A stretch of 64,000 bases of DNA from an uncultured virus (IMG/VR IMGVR_UViG_3300000154_000005) (IMGVR_UViG_3300000154_000005), one strand, 5' to 3'; counted from the stretch's first letter, positions 18,986 through 29,146 are shown. Made by a program: numbers and translations. Notes: generated by a model not told the origin, from the sequence alone.

Positions 18986-20854
18986 CTATTTAGAAAATAT
19001 TTGCCAAGCAATATGAGATAACCGACTTAGACCCATATATACTCTTGCTTTTTTAAATGAACCCATTGGTATAGCAGAAACTCTTCCAACACTTTCTGCT
19101 GGATTACTATCAAACATCATTTTAGTATGTTCATAATCTTCAAGAGGGACATAAATAGTACCCGGCATATCGGCTTTGCGACCGGCTCTATTGACTAATT
19201 GAACAAGTGAAGAAGTATCTATTTTAGTAAAATGTGGGGGTTTAATAGTAGATGGGATATATAAATGTTTAACTGTTAAATTAGCACCAATACCAACAGA
19301 GTCGGTTGCTAGTAGTAAGTATATCTTCCCACTTCTGAATAATTTTTGAATAACCACTTTTTGTGATTGCGCCATTCCACCAACAATAAAACCAATTCCT
19401 CTTAAAACAGACTGATATAATAGATTATTCGGATCTGCCCTTCTTAGTAAGTTTCCTCCGTCGCTTTCTTTACCATCATGTCCTTCAACTCCCTGTAAGT
19501 TAAAGTATAATAGTTCCTCAATATCTGTTTTAGCTGGATTTCGTCTTACACCTTTAACAGGAAGAGGGTTCATTCTATTTTGGCTAACGAAATTTGTATC
19601 TGGATCTTCTATACTATTAAGTCTATCGAATGTCATAGGTTTATTATGTGGATCTTTTTCAAAATCAGACATAGTAATATTAGCATCACTGAATAATGAT
19701 TTAGGATCTCTTGGAGGGAGTTTTGGAATAACATCAGTTAATAATGGAAAAATTCCTTGTGTAGAAGACATTCTCATTCCAAATAAGATCATGGCACTGT
19801 TCTTTTGTTTAGAATTAACAATATTCTGTATTATTTTTAATTTACTATCTCTATGTTTCATACTTTCAATAGGAGCGACTATAACATCTCCTCTATTCTT
19901 CGCTTCATCGCCGGGAGTATTAAAAGCAAAAATTTTATTTTTTGAAAAGTTAGTTCCATATGATGAATCGAAAAATTCTGCTAATTCATCAACTGTTCCT
20001 TTATTCATAGATCCAGTCATTAATACAGTAGTTGCCCCAGACTTTTTAGCCGTCATAATTATTCTATTATATGCTTCATATTTTTTATAATCTTCTGGTT
20101 TTATTAATGTCGTCTCTGGTAGAGGTATTGTATTTTGTACTTCATCAATAACTACCAAGTTGATCATATTACCATGAGATGCTAATATTCTAGCAGTTGA
20201 TTCATAAGTACAGCATAATATAGGCTTAATGGTATTTCCAAAATTTTTGGATCTTAACTTATGGCTATTTTTATCATCACTACCTACAATATCATCGCAA
20301 ATATCTCTAATAAAATCATAAATTACAGGCAGCTCTTTAGCTGTTAATGGTGTATTATTTCCGGTAGAGCCGTGCATATTTGTTGTATTTAAAACTAAAT
20401 TTTTAAAATCCTGATTTGTTGTTATTAATTCAAATAGTTTAGGTTTAAAATCTTGGTGTGCCAATTGGGCTGCTAATTGTTTAGTAGGAGCACAAAATAA
20501 TACTCTAAAGAAATCCTTATGACTTGGATTTAATTTTGTAGTTCCTCCTAATGATGCTTTAAAAGAACTTAACCAGGCATCTAATACTGGCCCAGTTTTT
20601 CCTCCGGCAGGTGGAATTACAACAAACGTATCTCTTTTTTTAAGTATATTAATAGCAATATTATCTTGCCATGGTGCATTCGAATATTTTATTTTTCCGA
20701 GATTTAAATTACGAGTCATCCCACTACTTTTATTTGTATATCCACTTGACTGGAATCCATGATCAAGTTTTCCAAATTTAACTTGCCCAGTATTTGAATT
20801 AAAAGTTGAATTATTAGTTAATCCATATAATTCTTCTATCTTTTCCTGTTTCAT
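18986..20854 (-). CDS. Superfamily 2 (Ski2/DExH-like) helicase
   Basis: PPAGGKT, APTKQLAAQ, IDEVQ, ATDSVGIGANL, QLVNRAGR. Confidence 0.88.
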   Translation of the reverse strand: MKQEKIEELYGLTNNSTFNSNTGQVKFGKLDHGFQSSGYTNKSSGMTRNLNLGKIKYSNAPWQDNIAINILKKRDTFVVIPPAGGKTGPVLDAWLSSFKASLGGTTKLNPSHKDFFRVLFCAPTKQLAAQLAHQDFKPKLFELITTNQDFKNLVLNTTNMHGSTGNNTPLTAKELPVIYDFIRDICDDIVGSDDKNSHKLRSKNFGNTIKPILCCTYESTARILASHGNMINLVVIDEVQNTIPLPETTLIKPEDYKKYEAYNRIIMTAKKSGATTVLMTGSMNKGTVDELAEFFDSSYGTNFSKNKIFAFNTPGDEAKNRGDVIVAPIESMKHRDSKLKIIQNIVNSKQKNSAMILFGMRMSSTQGIFPLLTDVIPKLPPRDPKSLFSDANITMSDFEKDPHNKPMTFDRLNSIEDPDTNFVSQNRMNPLPVKGVRRNPAKTDIEELLYFNLQGVEGHDGKESDGGNLLRRADPNNLLYQSVLRGIGFIVGGMAQSQKVVIQKLFRSGKIYLLLATDSVGIGANLTVKHLYIPSTIKPPHFTKIDTSSLVQLVNRAGRKADMPGTIYVPLEDYEHTKMMFDSNPAESVGRVSAIPMGSFKKARVYMGLSRLSHIAWQIFSK

Positions 20855-20866
20855 ATATAACCTATA

Positions 20867-22144
20867 TTACATTGTAGTTGCAAAAATAGTAGAGACTGCG
20901 TCATCATTAATAGAATATGTAGATCTTCCTGAATTGATAGTATTATTCCATTTGGATTTTGAATGTTGGGGATTCATAGTTTTCTTAGCTTGCTCTTTCG
21001 CTTCTTCTGTAAATAGAGGTAAAATTTCTAAAGTGTCTCCATCACAATCACCTCCAATAGGCTTCAAATCAAGTGAACTAACAACCGCTACCCGACCATC
21101 TGTAATGATTGGTTTCGCTGCAAACCAACTATCCCGTGAGGCTGCAGGATCACGTTTACAAATAACTTGTGCATCTTTAATAATAATATTCACAATATTA
21201 ATTAATTTAGTTTTAAGGTCAATATCAATCAAATCTGGATTTTTATTAACACTTTCTAAAAATTTATGAAGGTCATGATAGTCTATATTATTTTCATTAT
21301 TCATAGATTTCTTGATATCGGGTAAAATATCAGAATCATCTTTAAACACATAATGAGATATAATAGGCTCATATATCAAGACCAGAGTAGACCAAGGAAG
21401 ACCAATCTCCCCCAGATTTACACCAGGGGACGATGTTAATACTAGGCGAGTAGAGTAATCTAACGTTTTCTTTAGCATATTAGATCTAAATACACCTTTC
21501 TTACCCTTAAGGGAATCTTTTACCCATGATATAATTTGTTGAAGAGTTTTTTGAAGTTTATCTATAATAATAGCGTCATAGCTTTCTTCACCACTGATTT
21601 CCCCACTAAGGTATATGAGTCGCTTATAGAATTCATTTACTTCAGACATTGTCGCCTGGGCATTTTTCCTACTAATATCAATATCTCTAGATCCAGCTGG
21701 CATTACTACCCACTTATCAACAAGAATTAATCTTTTATTTTTTTGTAGAAACTCAGCATCAGCTATCTTATCTTTTTTTGCAATTGTAGTTATATCTACA
21801 TCATTGAGAGTTCTAATTAGGAAAGATAATCCAGTTTCTCCTGTTTCATCTTCAATATATTTTTTATTCTGAACAACATATGCCGCTTTCTGACTCATAA
21901 TTTTATTAATAGATTCAGAAGTAGATTTAAGAATAGAGTATGCTTGTGGATGTATTAATTTAGTCTTTAGATTTATATATGCAAACCTACTACGTCTATC
22001 AAAACTACCAACTTGTCCAAAAATTTGAGGATCCCATAATGATCCTAGTTCAAAACCATGGGCACTAGGAGGCTTTGTAGAAGTGACCTCTTGTAGTCCT
22101 TTATTATCAATAAAACGATTTACATCTAATAATTGTAACTGCAT
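20867..22144 (-). CDS. rpoC: RNAP-1 beta' N-terminal catalytic fragment
   Basis: LWDPQIFG, GKKGVFRSNML..DYSTRLV, KRDP, GGDCDGD (DxDGD). Confidence 0.9.
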   Translation of the reverse strand: MQLQLLDVNRFIDNKGLQEVTSTKPPSAHGFELGSLWDPQIFGQVGSFDRRSRFAYINLKTKLIHPQAYSILKSTSESINKIMSQKAAYVVQNKKYIEDETGETGLSFLIRTLNDVDITTIAKKDKIADAEFLQKNKRLILVDKWVVMPAGSRDIDISRKNAQATMSEVNEFYKRLIYLSGEISGEESYDAIIIDKLQKTLQQIISWVKDSLKGKKGVFRSNMLKKTLDYSTRLVLTSSPGVNLGEIGLPWSTLVLIYEPIISHYVFKDDSDILPDIKKSMNNENNIDYHDLHKFLESVNKNPDLIDIDLKTKLINIVNIIIKDAQVICKRDPAASRDSWFAAKPIITDGRVAVVSSLDLKPIGGDCDGDTLEILPLFTEEAKEQAKKTMNPQHSKSKWNNTINSGRSTYSINDDAVSTIFATTM

Positions 22145-22157
22145 AATTAAGTCCTAT

Positions 22158-23312
22158 TTACTGTTGTAATATTTCTAATGTAAAACATTCAGTATGCCCA
22201 CCAAAATGAATAATAGGTTCATATTTTAAATGTTTATATTTTTCTTTTTCCTCTTGCTCTTTACAAAATGCGTCATATAGACTCATATACTCTTCTTTTA
22301 AAATTTCTACTGTATATGGAATAGAATAACTTCTATTTTTAGATGAATTTTGAATAGTAATACCTTTCTTAATAAATTTCTCATTCTTATTACTAAGTAA
22401 AAACATATAGTAAATAGCCGGTTTATTTTTTAGTTCTAGGTTATTTTCTAATAATGAATAAGTATATACCCCTGGATTATTTTCTGTTCCACATATAGGA
22501 CAACCAGCACCATTAATATGACTGGCATATGTTTGATAAAAATTGCCATGGTTTAAATTAACTAAACATTGAATTTTTATTTTCGTATGAGCATTAATAT
22601 ATTTAACATTACTATAGTCATATTTATCACCATGAACTTGTCGACATCTGTAGATCACATCTTTCTGAGATAAAGCTAAAGCACTTCTGGTCTTTTCGTA
22701 ACCACATTTAGGACACCCTCCATTAGGTATATGATTAGCATATGTTTGCTTAAATACCCCATGTTCTGGATTAATTAAACATCCAATACTCATTTTTGTA
22801 TGCGAATCTTTATAAACTGATTTACTATAATCATATTTATTACCATGTGTATTAATACATCGTTTAATTACTTCTTCTTGAGTCAATATTAATATTTTTC
22901 CATGTTGATTTTTTGCGCATAATGGGCAACCAGAACCTTTAATATGGCTAGCATGTGTTTGTGTGAACTCTCCATGTATTTTACATATTATAATTATTTT
23001 CCGATAAGCAGAATCTTTATAAATTGATTTACTATAATCATATTTATCACCATGAATATCTTTACATTGTGCTATTGCAACATCTTGTGATAGGGTACGA
23101 TATTTAGAAGATTTTTCTTTCCCACAATAGTAACAACCAGTTTTGCTATAGAAGTGTTTATTATATGTTTGTTGAAACTCTCCATGTATTCTACATATAA
23201 TTATTAGTTTTTTATGGCTACCTTTATAAACTACTTTACTATAATCATATTTATCACCATGAACTTGTTTACATCTATAAATTACCTCTTCTTGGGATAA
23301 TATGGGAGACAT
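22158..23312 (-). CDS. Free-standing homing endonuclease-like protein (four DUF723-like Zn repeats plus a GIY-YIG-like domain)
   Basis: Four HGDKYDYS..C..HG.F.QT..GCPxC repeats; C-terminal domain similar to 7345-8067. Confidence 0.8.
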   Translation of the reverse strand: MSPILSQEEVIYRCKQVHGDKYDYSKVVYKGSHKKLIIICRIHGEFQQTYNKHFYSKTGCYYCGKEKSSKYRTLSQDVAIAQCKDIHGDKYDYSKSIYKDSAYRKIIIICKIHGEFTQTHASHIKGSGCPLCAKNQHGKILILTQEEVIKRCINTHGNKYDYSKSVYKDSHTKMSIGCLINPEHGVFKQTYANHIPNGGCPKCGYEKTRSALALSQKDVIYRCRQVHGDKYDYSNVKYINAHTKIKIQCLVNLNHGNFYQTYASHINGAGCPICGTENNPGVYTYSLLENNLELKNKPAIYYMFLLSNKNEKFIKKGITIQNSSKNRSYSIPYTVEILKEEYMSLYDAFCKEQEEKEKYKHLKYEPIIHFGGHTECFTLEILQQ

Positions 23313-23315
23313 TTT

Positions 23316-23576
23316 TTAATATCCATCAATTCTGGATACTACTGACATTTTATGACTATCAATTGGACATCTATCTTGTCGTATGTGTCTATTATGAAAA
23401 TCAAAATAACTATTACAATTACGACATTTATAATATCTATTTCTCATAATTTCATCTGCTTCATATAATGGAATTGGCTTAGGTTTATCTCCACATACAA
23501 TACAGAGCCCACCTTCCATATGGTTTTGTTCTCTGGTAAAGAAACTCTTACATCCTGGACATGATACATAGTTCAT
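23316..23576 (-). CDS. Zn-finger hypothetical protein
   Basis: Three CxxC pairs. Confidence 0.55.
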   Translation of the reverse strand: MNYVSCPGCKSFFTREQNHMEGGLCIVCGDKPKPIPLYEADEIMRNRYYKCRNCNSYFDFHNRHIRQDRCPIDSHKMSVVSRIDGY

Positions 23577-24439
23577 ATTAGTTTTAAGATTTCCTGTTGT
23601 AGTTTATGTTTAAATTTATCTAAACTTCCTATCATTTTATAATAAGCTAGATATTTATATATTTCTCTGGGTAAGTTATATTCATGTGTAAATTCTTCAG
23701 TAGATTGGCTAATAGGCTTATATCCAAAAGAGGCATCTTCAGCTGTTGCCCATGCCTTTTTAAAATGAGAACGTATTATTCCGTTATTCCGAGTTTTTTC
23801 TATATAAAAAGCAATACCCCCATAACCACTAAAAGATATTTCAGTTGACTCCATAATACGATCCATTAATTTATATATAAGAGTAACACATTCTTCAGAC
23901 TCTTTTTTAAACTCATCAGAACATTCATTACTATCAATATCATAATATTTTTTAAATTTATTAATATGACAATTATCTATGAATTTTAAGAAATGAGGCA
24001 TTCTATTATATGATAAATCAAATATAGTATATATATCATTATCTTTATTTGAAATGAATTTAATAATATCTAACCAGTTTGAAATAGCATTTAATTGTTT
24101 TCTAATTTTTTTTAGATTTGAAATCTGTTTAGAAATAAAAGATTCGGCTTCTCCGAATTTTAGTTTGCTAATGCTAAATACTTTATCAAATTTAATTAAT
24201 ACATTTGAGTTTTTAATATAAAAACTATAATTAATATTTAGCTGTTTATTTGTTAATTTAAAGGTCATATACTTGGGTATTAACACATTTAAATCACTAG
24301 TCGAATATTCAGTGAGATCCTCACACTTCGTTATCTTCTTGATATCTGATAACGAAGTGTGAAATCCTGGAATCGAATAGAACACTTTTACTTTTTGCTT
24401 TTCTATTAAACAAAAAAGCCCTAAGTGGGGATAAATCAT
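23573..24439 (-). CDS. Hypothetical protein
   Basis: Long ORF in an ATGA-coupled chain. Confidence 0.6.
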   Translation of the reverse strand: MIYPHLGLFCLIEKQKVKVFYSIPGFHTSLSDIKKITKCEDLTEYSTSDLNVLIPKYMTFKLTNKQLNINYSFYIKNSNVLIKFDKVFSISKLKFGEAESFISKQISNLKKIRKQLNAISNWLDIIKFISNKDNDIYTIFDLSYNRMPHFLKFIDNCHINKFKKYYDIDSNECSDEFKKESEECVTLIYKLMDRIMESTEISFSGYGGIAFYIEKTRNNGIIRSHFKKAWATAEDASFGYKPISQSTEEFTHEYNLPREIYKYLAYYKMIGSLDKFKHKLQQEILKLI

Positions 24440-24584
24440 GTAATTTTCAATAATTCCTTTGTTAGTCTATTAATAACTTTCGTATATAAATTCTGATTAA
24501 TAAGAAACGAAACAAATTGTGTAGTATTAATCATTTGTTTAGGTTCTATATATTTACGAATGTCACCAACTCTGTAATATGCTT

Positions 24585-25307
24585 TTAATGGGGTAATTTG
24601 CCCACTACTATTTTTAAACTTATTGGTAACTGTGAAAAAACCCCATCTAATGTCATATTATAATATATCGGCGCTGGGATATTTTTATTATCACTTAATA
24701 CCCATGGATTATCATCTTTAACTATATTTGGTATTTTAGATTGTATATTTAATAATAAATTATGTAATTCAGTAGTTTTTTCAGATATATCTTTATGATT
24801 TGGGTTATTGTTTTCTTTAAATGTATTAAGCAGAGTATATAATCTTTTTACAGATGAAGGAGTTAGTTTAAAATATGTGTATTTATTCTCATAGATAAAG
24901 AAATGTGCACATACTTTTTTCCATTTCTCAATATCTAATTTCTTTAAACTTGAATATGTGTTCCATAGTGTTTGAATTCTAGATTCGAAATATGATTCAA
25001 ATGTATTTAAATCTATATTAGTTGGTATATGTAATTCCGAATATAATTCAACAATTATAGAGGAATCTGGAATTGCGAATTGTTTACTTATTTTAGTATA
25101 TTTTCCCGGGCTAATTTTAAAATTATCTTCTATTTCATATTTAGTACAATCTATATATAAAAAATTTTCAAATTTATAATTTTTAAATAGCCGAGTCTGA
25201 GCCATTTCTTTTGTAATTTTTAAATCTTCAGTAGTACCATATAATAAACAATTTTTATCATCTAATACACCGATTCTATATCCATAGTTTACATCTGGCT
25301 TTCTCAT
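24585..25307 (-). CDS. Hypothetical protein, probably frameshifted (continues in the -1 frame to 24436)
   Basis: The -1 frame is open from about 24655 to 24436, where its stop overlaps the next ATG. Confidence 0.55.
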   Translation of the reverse strand: MRKPDVNYGYRIGVLDDKNCLLYGTTEDLKITKEMAQTRLFKNYKFENFLYIDCTKYEIEDNFKISPGKYTKISKQFAIPDSSIIVELYSELHIPTNIDLNTFESYFESRIQTLWNTYSSLKKLDIEKWKKVCAHFFIYENKYTYFKLTPSSVKRLYTLLNTFKENNNPNHKDISEKTTELHNLLLNIQSKIPNIVKDDNPWVLSDNKNIPAPIYYNMTLDGVFSQLPISLKIVVGKLPH

Positions 25308-26626
25308 GTCAAGTCAACCGGAAAATTAATCTTATTATTAAATCTAGTAAGTAAATCTTCTAGTTTTGCTTCTGTCTTATCTTTCATATACCAATGATGA
25401 AATTGATAAGATATTAAAATACTATCCATTACTTGATTTGCAAATGAACTAGTTATAAAGCTATATTTTCCTTTAAGCCCTGTTAATATTGGATTAAATT
25501 TATTTCTTAGATTGCGTATATTTGGTGCATCTGTAAATATTTCAACCATTTTAAATTTATCTATAATATCACTATAAAAATCATCTAAATTTAACTGAGA
25601 TTTAATATACATAGGAACTGCATAGTTAACATCTGTTAACTTATTACCATTCTGAATTGCCGTTATATTTTCATCAACAATTTGTAATTCATTATCACTT
25701 TGATAAACATCTTCAAGAACATGTCGAGGTATACTTGATACTTTGGTATGTGCCTCCATCTCTTGATTTTCATAATTGAAGTATAGCGCACCATCTCTAG
25801 CTTTATATTGGGCACTTAAGAAATAATTAATAGTATCATAACTAATATAACATTCTTTCCCATACTTTCCTTCAGATATATAATGATTGAATAATTTCTG
25901 AATAAAGAATATCATAAATCTACTAAATCCATGATACACACCCAATAAATGCACATACATAGTATCTGGCCGTTCATCATTGTTAATATAATTATATAAT
26001 GTCATAAAAATTGGACCTAGGAAAGGTGCGAAATTAATCTTTGTAAACCCAATCAAACCCACCATCCCCCCAATTGCCTGATGATTAAAATATTTGGGGA
26101 TCTCTAACTCTTTATATAATCGCTGCCATATAGCATGTTGATTATGCATTTTAAACTGATGAACAAATAACATCTTATCTTTTAATTCTGGATTATCTTG
26201 TATTGCTTCAATAGTTCTGGATAATGATTCCCGATTTTGCCGTTCAATATATTCAACAGTATTGTAATTATCTTGTCCAATAAAAAATGGAATATCCAAA
26301 CTAAAGACATAATCAAAAGTATCACTACTGTCTTGTAAATGTTTAACATAACAATTAATAAATTTACCAATATCATTAGGATTTACATCTCCAACAATAA
26401 TGGAATAACCACCAGAGTCTCTAAACTTAATAGATGTTCCTAAATATTGATCATTAAATTTTCTAATATTTTGATCAAATCTAAATAATGTATCATACCC
26501 AAAACTATTACTATTTAAAGCACTAATTAAACTAATTAATGAAGTACCAGTAATATTGAAAACATTTTGAGTAAAAGCCTGGTTGAGGTTAGGGGAACCA
26601 GTATGGATGTAATTATTTTTTAACAT
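25304..26626 (-). CDS. tRNA-guanine transglycosylase / DpdA-like protein
   Basis: DSGGYS, VFSLDIP, FVHQ, AIGGMVG, VHLLGV, SYDT in TGT barrel order. Confidence 0.75.
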   Translation of the reverse strand: MLKNNYIHTGSPNLNQAFTQNVFNITGTSLISLISALNSNSFGYDTLFRFDQNIRKFNDQYLGTSIKFRDSGGYSIIVGDVNPNDIGKFINCYVKHLQDSSDTFDYVFSLDIPFFIGQDNYNTVEYIERQNRESLSRTIEAIQDNPELKDKMLFVHQFKMHNQHAIWQRLYKELEIPKYFNHQAIGGMVGLIGFTKINFAPFLGPIFMTLYNYINNDERPDTMYVHLLGVYHGFSRFMIFFIQKLFNHYISEGKYGKECYISYDTINYFLSAQYKARDGALYFNYENQEMEAHTKVSSIPRHVLEDVYQSDNELQIVDENITAIQNGNKLTDVNYAVPMYIKSQLNLDDFYSDIIDKFKMVEIFTDAPNIRNLRNKFNPILTGLKGKYSFITSSFANQVMDSILISYQFHHWYMKDKTEAKLEDLLTRFNNKINFPVDLT

Positions 26627-26654
26627 TGGTACTCTTTTATTTTAGTTGGAAATA

Positions 26655-26683
26655 TAAAAAGGACGGATTTTACTCCGTCCCTT
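26655..26683 (-). terminator. Intrinsic terminator
   Basis: ggacgga/tccgtcc hairpin followed by a U-tract on the minus strand. Confidence 0.75.
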
Positions 26684-26698
26684 GGGTGCTTATTTTAT

Positions 26699-26956
26699 TT
26701 AGTCAACAACATGTAGAATAACACGCTTATCTAATCTATAACCAATAACTCTGGCAATTTGGCGAAGTGAATCAATTGTCTTTCCACCTTTACCAATAAT
26801 TTTTCCAGCATCACTTGGATCTGAAATAATATTAAGAGATACCGTATTTTCACCTTCTTCGGTATTAATTTGGATTGATTCAGGTTTATCTACGAAGTTT
26901 TTGATTAAGTCTGAAAGAATTGTTTCTAGATTTAAAGTTGGAGTTGGAGTTGTCAT
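26699..26956 (-). CDS. khpA: KH-domain RNA-binding protein KhpA (UPF0109); start revised to ATG 26956
   Basis: VDKPE..DAGKIIGKGGKTIDSLR with GxxG loop; AAGGA ribosome binding site. Confidence 0.88.
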   Translation of the reverse strand: MTTPTPTLNLETILSDLIKNFVDKPESIQINTEEGENTVSLNIISDPSDAGKIIGKGGKTIDSLRQIARVIGYRLDKRVILHVVD

Positions 26957-26969
26957 TATAAGTATTCCT

Positions 26970-27695
26970 TTATGATTGAAAGTTATTGTTAAGCATTGCG
27001 TCAAAACTTTGAACGGCATTATTATGCTGTTGTTGGTGATTTACTTGTGGCTGTTGCTGTTGTGGTGGATTCGCAGACTGTCTAGTTTGAAATTGTGGTT
27101 GATTATTTTGCTGTTGATGAGGCTCAAATGCCTGCCCATTTTGCTCTGGGGCTTGTCTAGGAGCTGTTATTTGTCTCTCAGCTTCTAATTCCATAGCTTT
27201 CTCTGACATCTTTTCCATTTGAACCGCTAATCCATATGCCTGATCTGGAGTCATAGCAATAGTATGCTTTGCCCCACTATTTTTTTCTTGCATAGTAAAG
27301 AATATTTTTCTAGGTTCAAATGCCTTATTTGGATCAGCTGCTGCTTCGGTTACAGTAACCATCTTTGCAGCTTTATCACTTCTAGCATATTTACTATATG
27401 GAAGAACATTCCTACTATTTCCAGATGCAGTATGTTTTAATACAAAAGAGAGTCCAGATAATTCCGTAATTGAATATTTAATAGATAGTTGCGATTTCCA
27501 ATCAAAAGTTCTATTTTCTCGTCCTCCCACCCCCGGCACTATATTGACGAAGATAAAGCGCTCGGATTTTTGATTTACATATTTAGTATTAGTAACTTGG
27601 GGGGCTTCGTGCATAAGCTGCACCATAAGAAGACTAGAACTGGGTAATGAAAAGGCATACTCGTTGGTTAATGCCCCCCTAGAATTAAAAGACAT
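26970..27695 (-). CDS. Putative Whirly-fold single-stranded nucleic acid binding protein with Q-rich tail
   Basis: FVNIVPGVG..RTFDWKSQLSIKYSITEL resembles, from memory, plant Whirly LQFAPAAGVRQYDWSRKQVFSLSVTEI. Confidence 0.5.
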   Translation of the reverse strand: MSFNSRGALTNEYAFSLPSSSLLMVQLMHEAPQVTNTKYVNQKSERFIFVNIVPGVGGRENRTFDWKSQLSIKYSITELSGLSFVLKHTASGNSRNVLPYSKYARSDKAAKMVTVTEAAADPNKAFEPRKIFFTMQEKNSGAKHTIAMTPDQAYGLAVQMEKMSEKAMELEAERQITAPRQAPEQNGQAFEPHQQQNNQPQFQTRQSANPPQQQQPQVNHQQQHNNAVQSFDAMLNNNFQS

Positions 27696-27878
27696 AGTTT
27701 ACTTCCTTTCTTAAATTTATGAGTAGAGAATTGATTCTAATATTCAACGATTGTCATTTTGATATTTCAGTTTAATACTTTCATTTAATATAGTCCCAAT
27801 ATCAATTTAATAATTAAGAATAAGATAATAGGTAGGAGCTACTATCAACGGTAATTAATCGCTGTCTTCTATTTTAAA

Positions 27879-28583
27879 TTATAAAAACTCTATTAAATGC
27901 TTGGTTGGTAACCAATCCAACTTCTCATTAATCTCTTGCTTTAAGACATCAATTCTCATTCTAAGAGTATCGACATCCAAAGCTACTTCTCCAAATGGAG
28001 TAGATAGATTTTGAAACTTAGTTCTTCTGTTTAATATAACTTCAAGAATAGATTTTTCAGCCATAGGTTTAAGTAATTTAATATATAAATCACTAGGCAC
28101 TTGGTCTAATCTTTGAGGAATTATATTCAATTTAAGTATGACAGCATTCCCATCTAAAGGGGTACCAAACATTACTTTATCTGGTTGAATAAATTCATAA
28201 TTCTGCACTTCCTGCAAGCTACTAATCATATCAGAGTATGTGTTCGCCATCACAGTGTCTCTTGGGTCAGCATAGTAAGATATAATACTTGAATTTATTC
28301 CTTGAGATGCATAATAGGCTTCTGATATTGAATTAATATGGTCTTCATTTTCATTTGGAATAATATAAGTTTCAGTATTAATAGTGTCTGGATTATCAAC
28401 TTTATCATTTTGAGCTATTTTTACATAGCTGTTAAATGGTACATATTGACTAAATTCAGGTAAAACACTATCTCTAATTTTATCTGCTATTTCATCATCT
28501 GTCAACTCAATCGAGTTCACAGGAGCGCCAAGAGCATCTTTACAATGCTTCACTAAACTATTATAATTTTGATAATATGCCAT
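27879..28583 (-). CDS. Neck/head-completion protein (T4 gp13-like)
   Basis: N-terminal LGAPVNSIELTDDEI signature. Confidence 0.7.
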   Translation of the reverse strand: MAYYQNYNSLVKHCKDALGAPVNSIELTDDEIADKIRDSVLPEFSQYVPFNSYVKIAQNDKVDNPDTINTETYIIPNENEDHINSISEAYYASQGINSSIISYYADPRDTVMANTYSDMISSLQEVQNYEFIQPDKVMFGTPLDGNAVILKLNIIPQRLDQVPSDLYIKLLKPMAEKSILEVILNRRTKFQNLSTPFGEVALDVDTLRMRIDVLKQEINEKLDWLPTKHLIEFL

Positions 28584-28592
28584 ATATTTTTA

Positions 28593-29003
28593 CTATACCT
28601 CTTCTTCTAACACCTCATCAATAATATCATCCAGCTTAGTTCTACGCTTAATATTTTCTTGATGAATAGATGGGCCACTTGTATTTTCTGATAAGAAATT
28701 AGCAATACCATCTTTTAGTTCGTTTATAAATTTATGATTTTGGTTCTTTAATATATCACCATCTTGAAATTCTTTATCTACAAATACAATTTGAACTTCA
28801 CAGTCTAATAAATTAGCAATTTTCTGTAGTGGTTTAATACCAAAATCAGAACGGGTTGTCATATCTTCATCTAAAAATTTCAGTAACTGAGTATATCCAG
28901 ATGGTCCTAATAAGGATTTTCCGATATTAGTCTTTTTATGACCCCTACTTAATAAGTCCGCAACTACTTCTCTGATATTACTATTAACTTCTGAATGATT
29001 CAT
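28593..29003 (-). CDS. Putative helix-turn-helix DNA-binding protein
   Basis: LQKIANLLDCEVQIVF resembles the end of an XRE-type HTH. Confidence 0.45.
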   Translation of the reverse strand: MNHSEVNSNIREVVADLLSRGHKKTNIGKSLLGPSGYTQLLKFLDEDMTTRSDFGIKPLQKIANLLDCEVQIVFVDKEFQDGDILKNQNHKFINELKDGIANFLSENTSGPSIHQENIKRRTKLDDIIDEVLEEEV

Positions 29004-29146
29004 TAGTGTTCCTTATCAATTTTGAAATTTCGAAAAATATAAAAACTATTCCTAAAATATTATATCTATATATTTTTGGTTCACACTAGGCAATAAAAAT
29101 TTGAGACCAACCACAAGAGATGTGACTGGCCTCAAACAATATAGAT

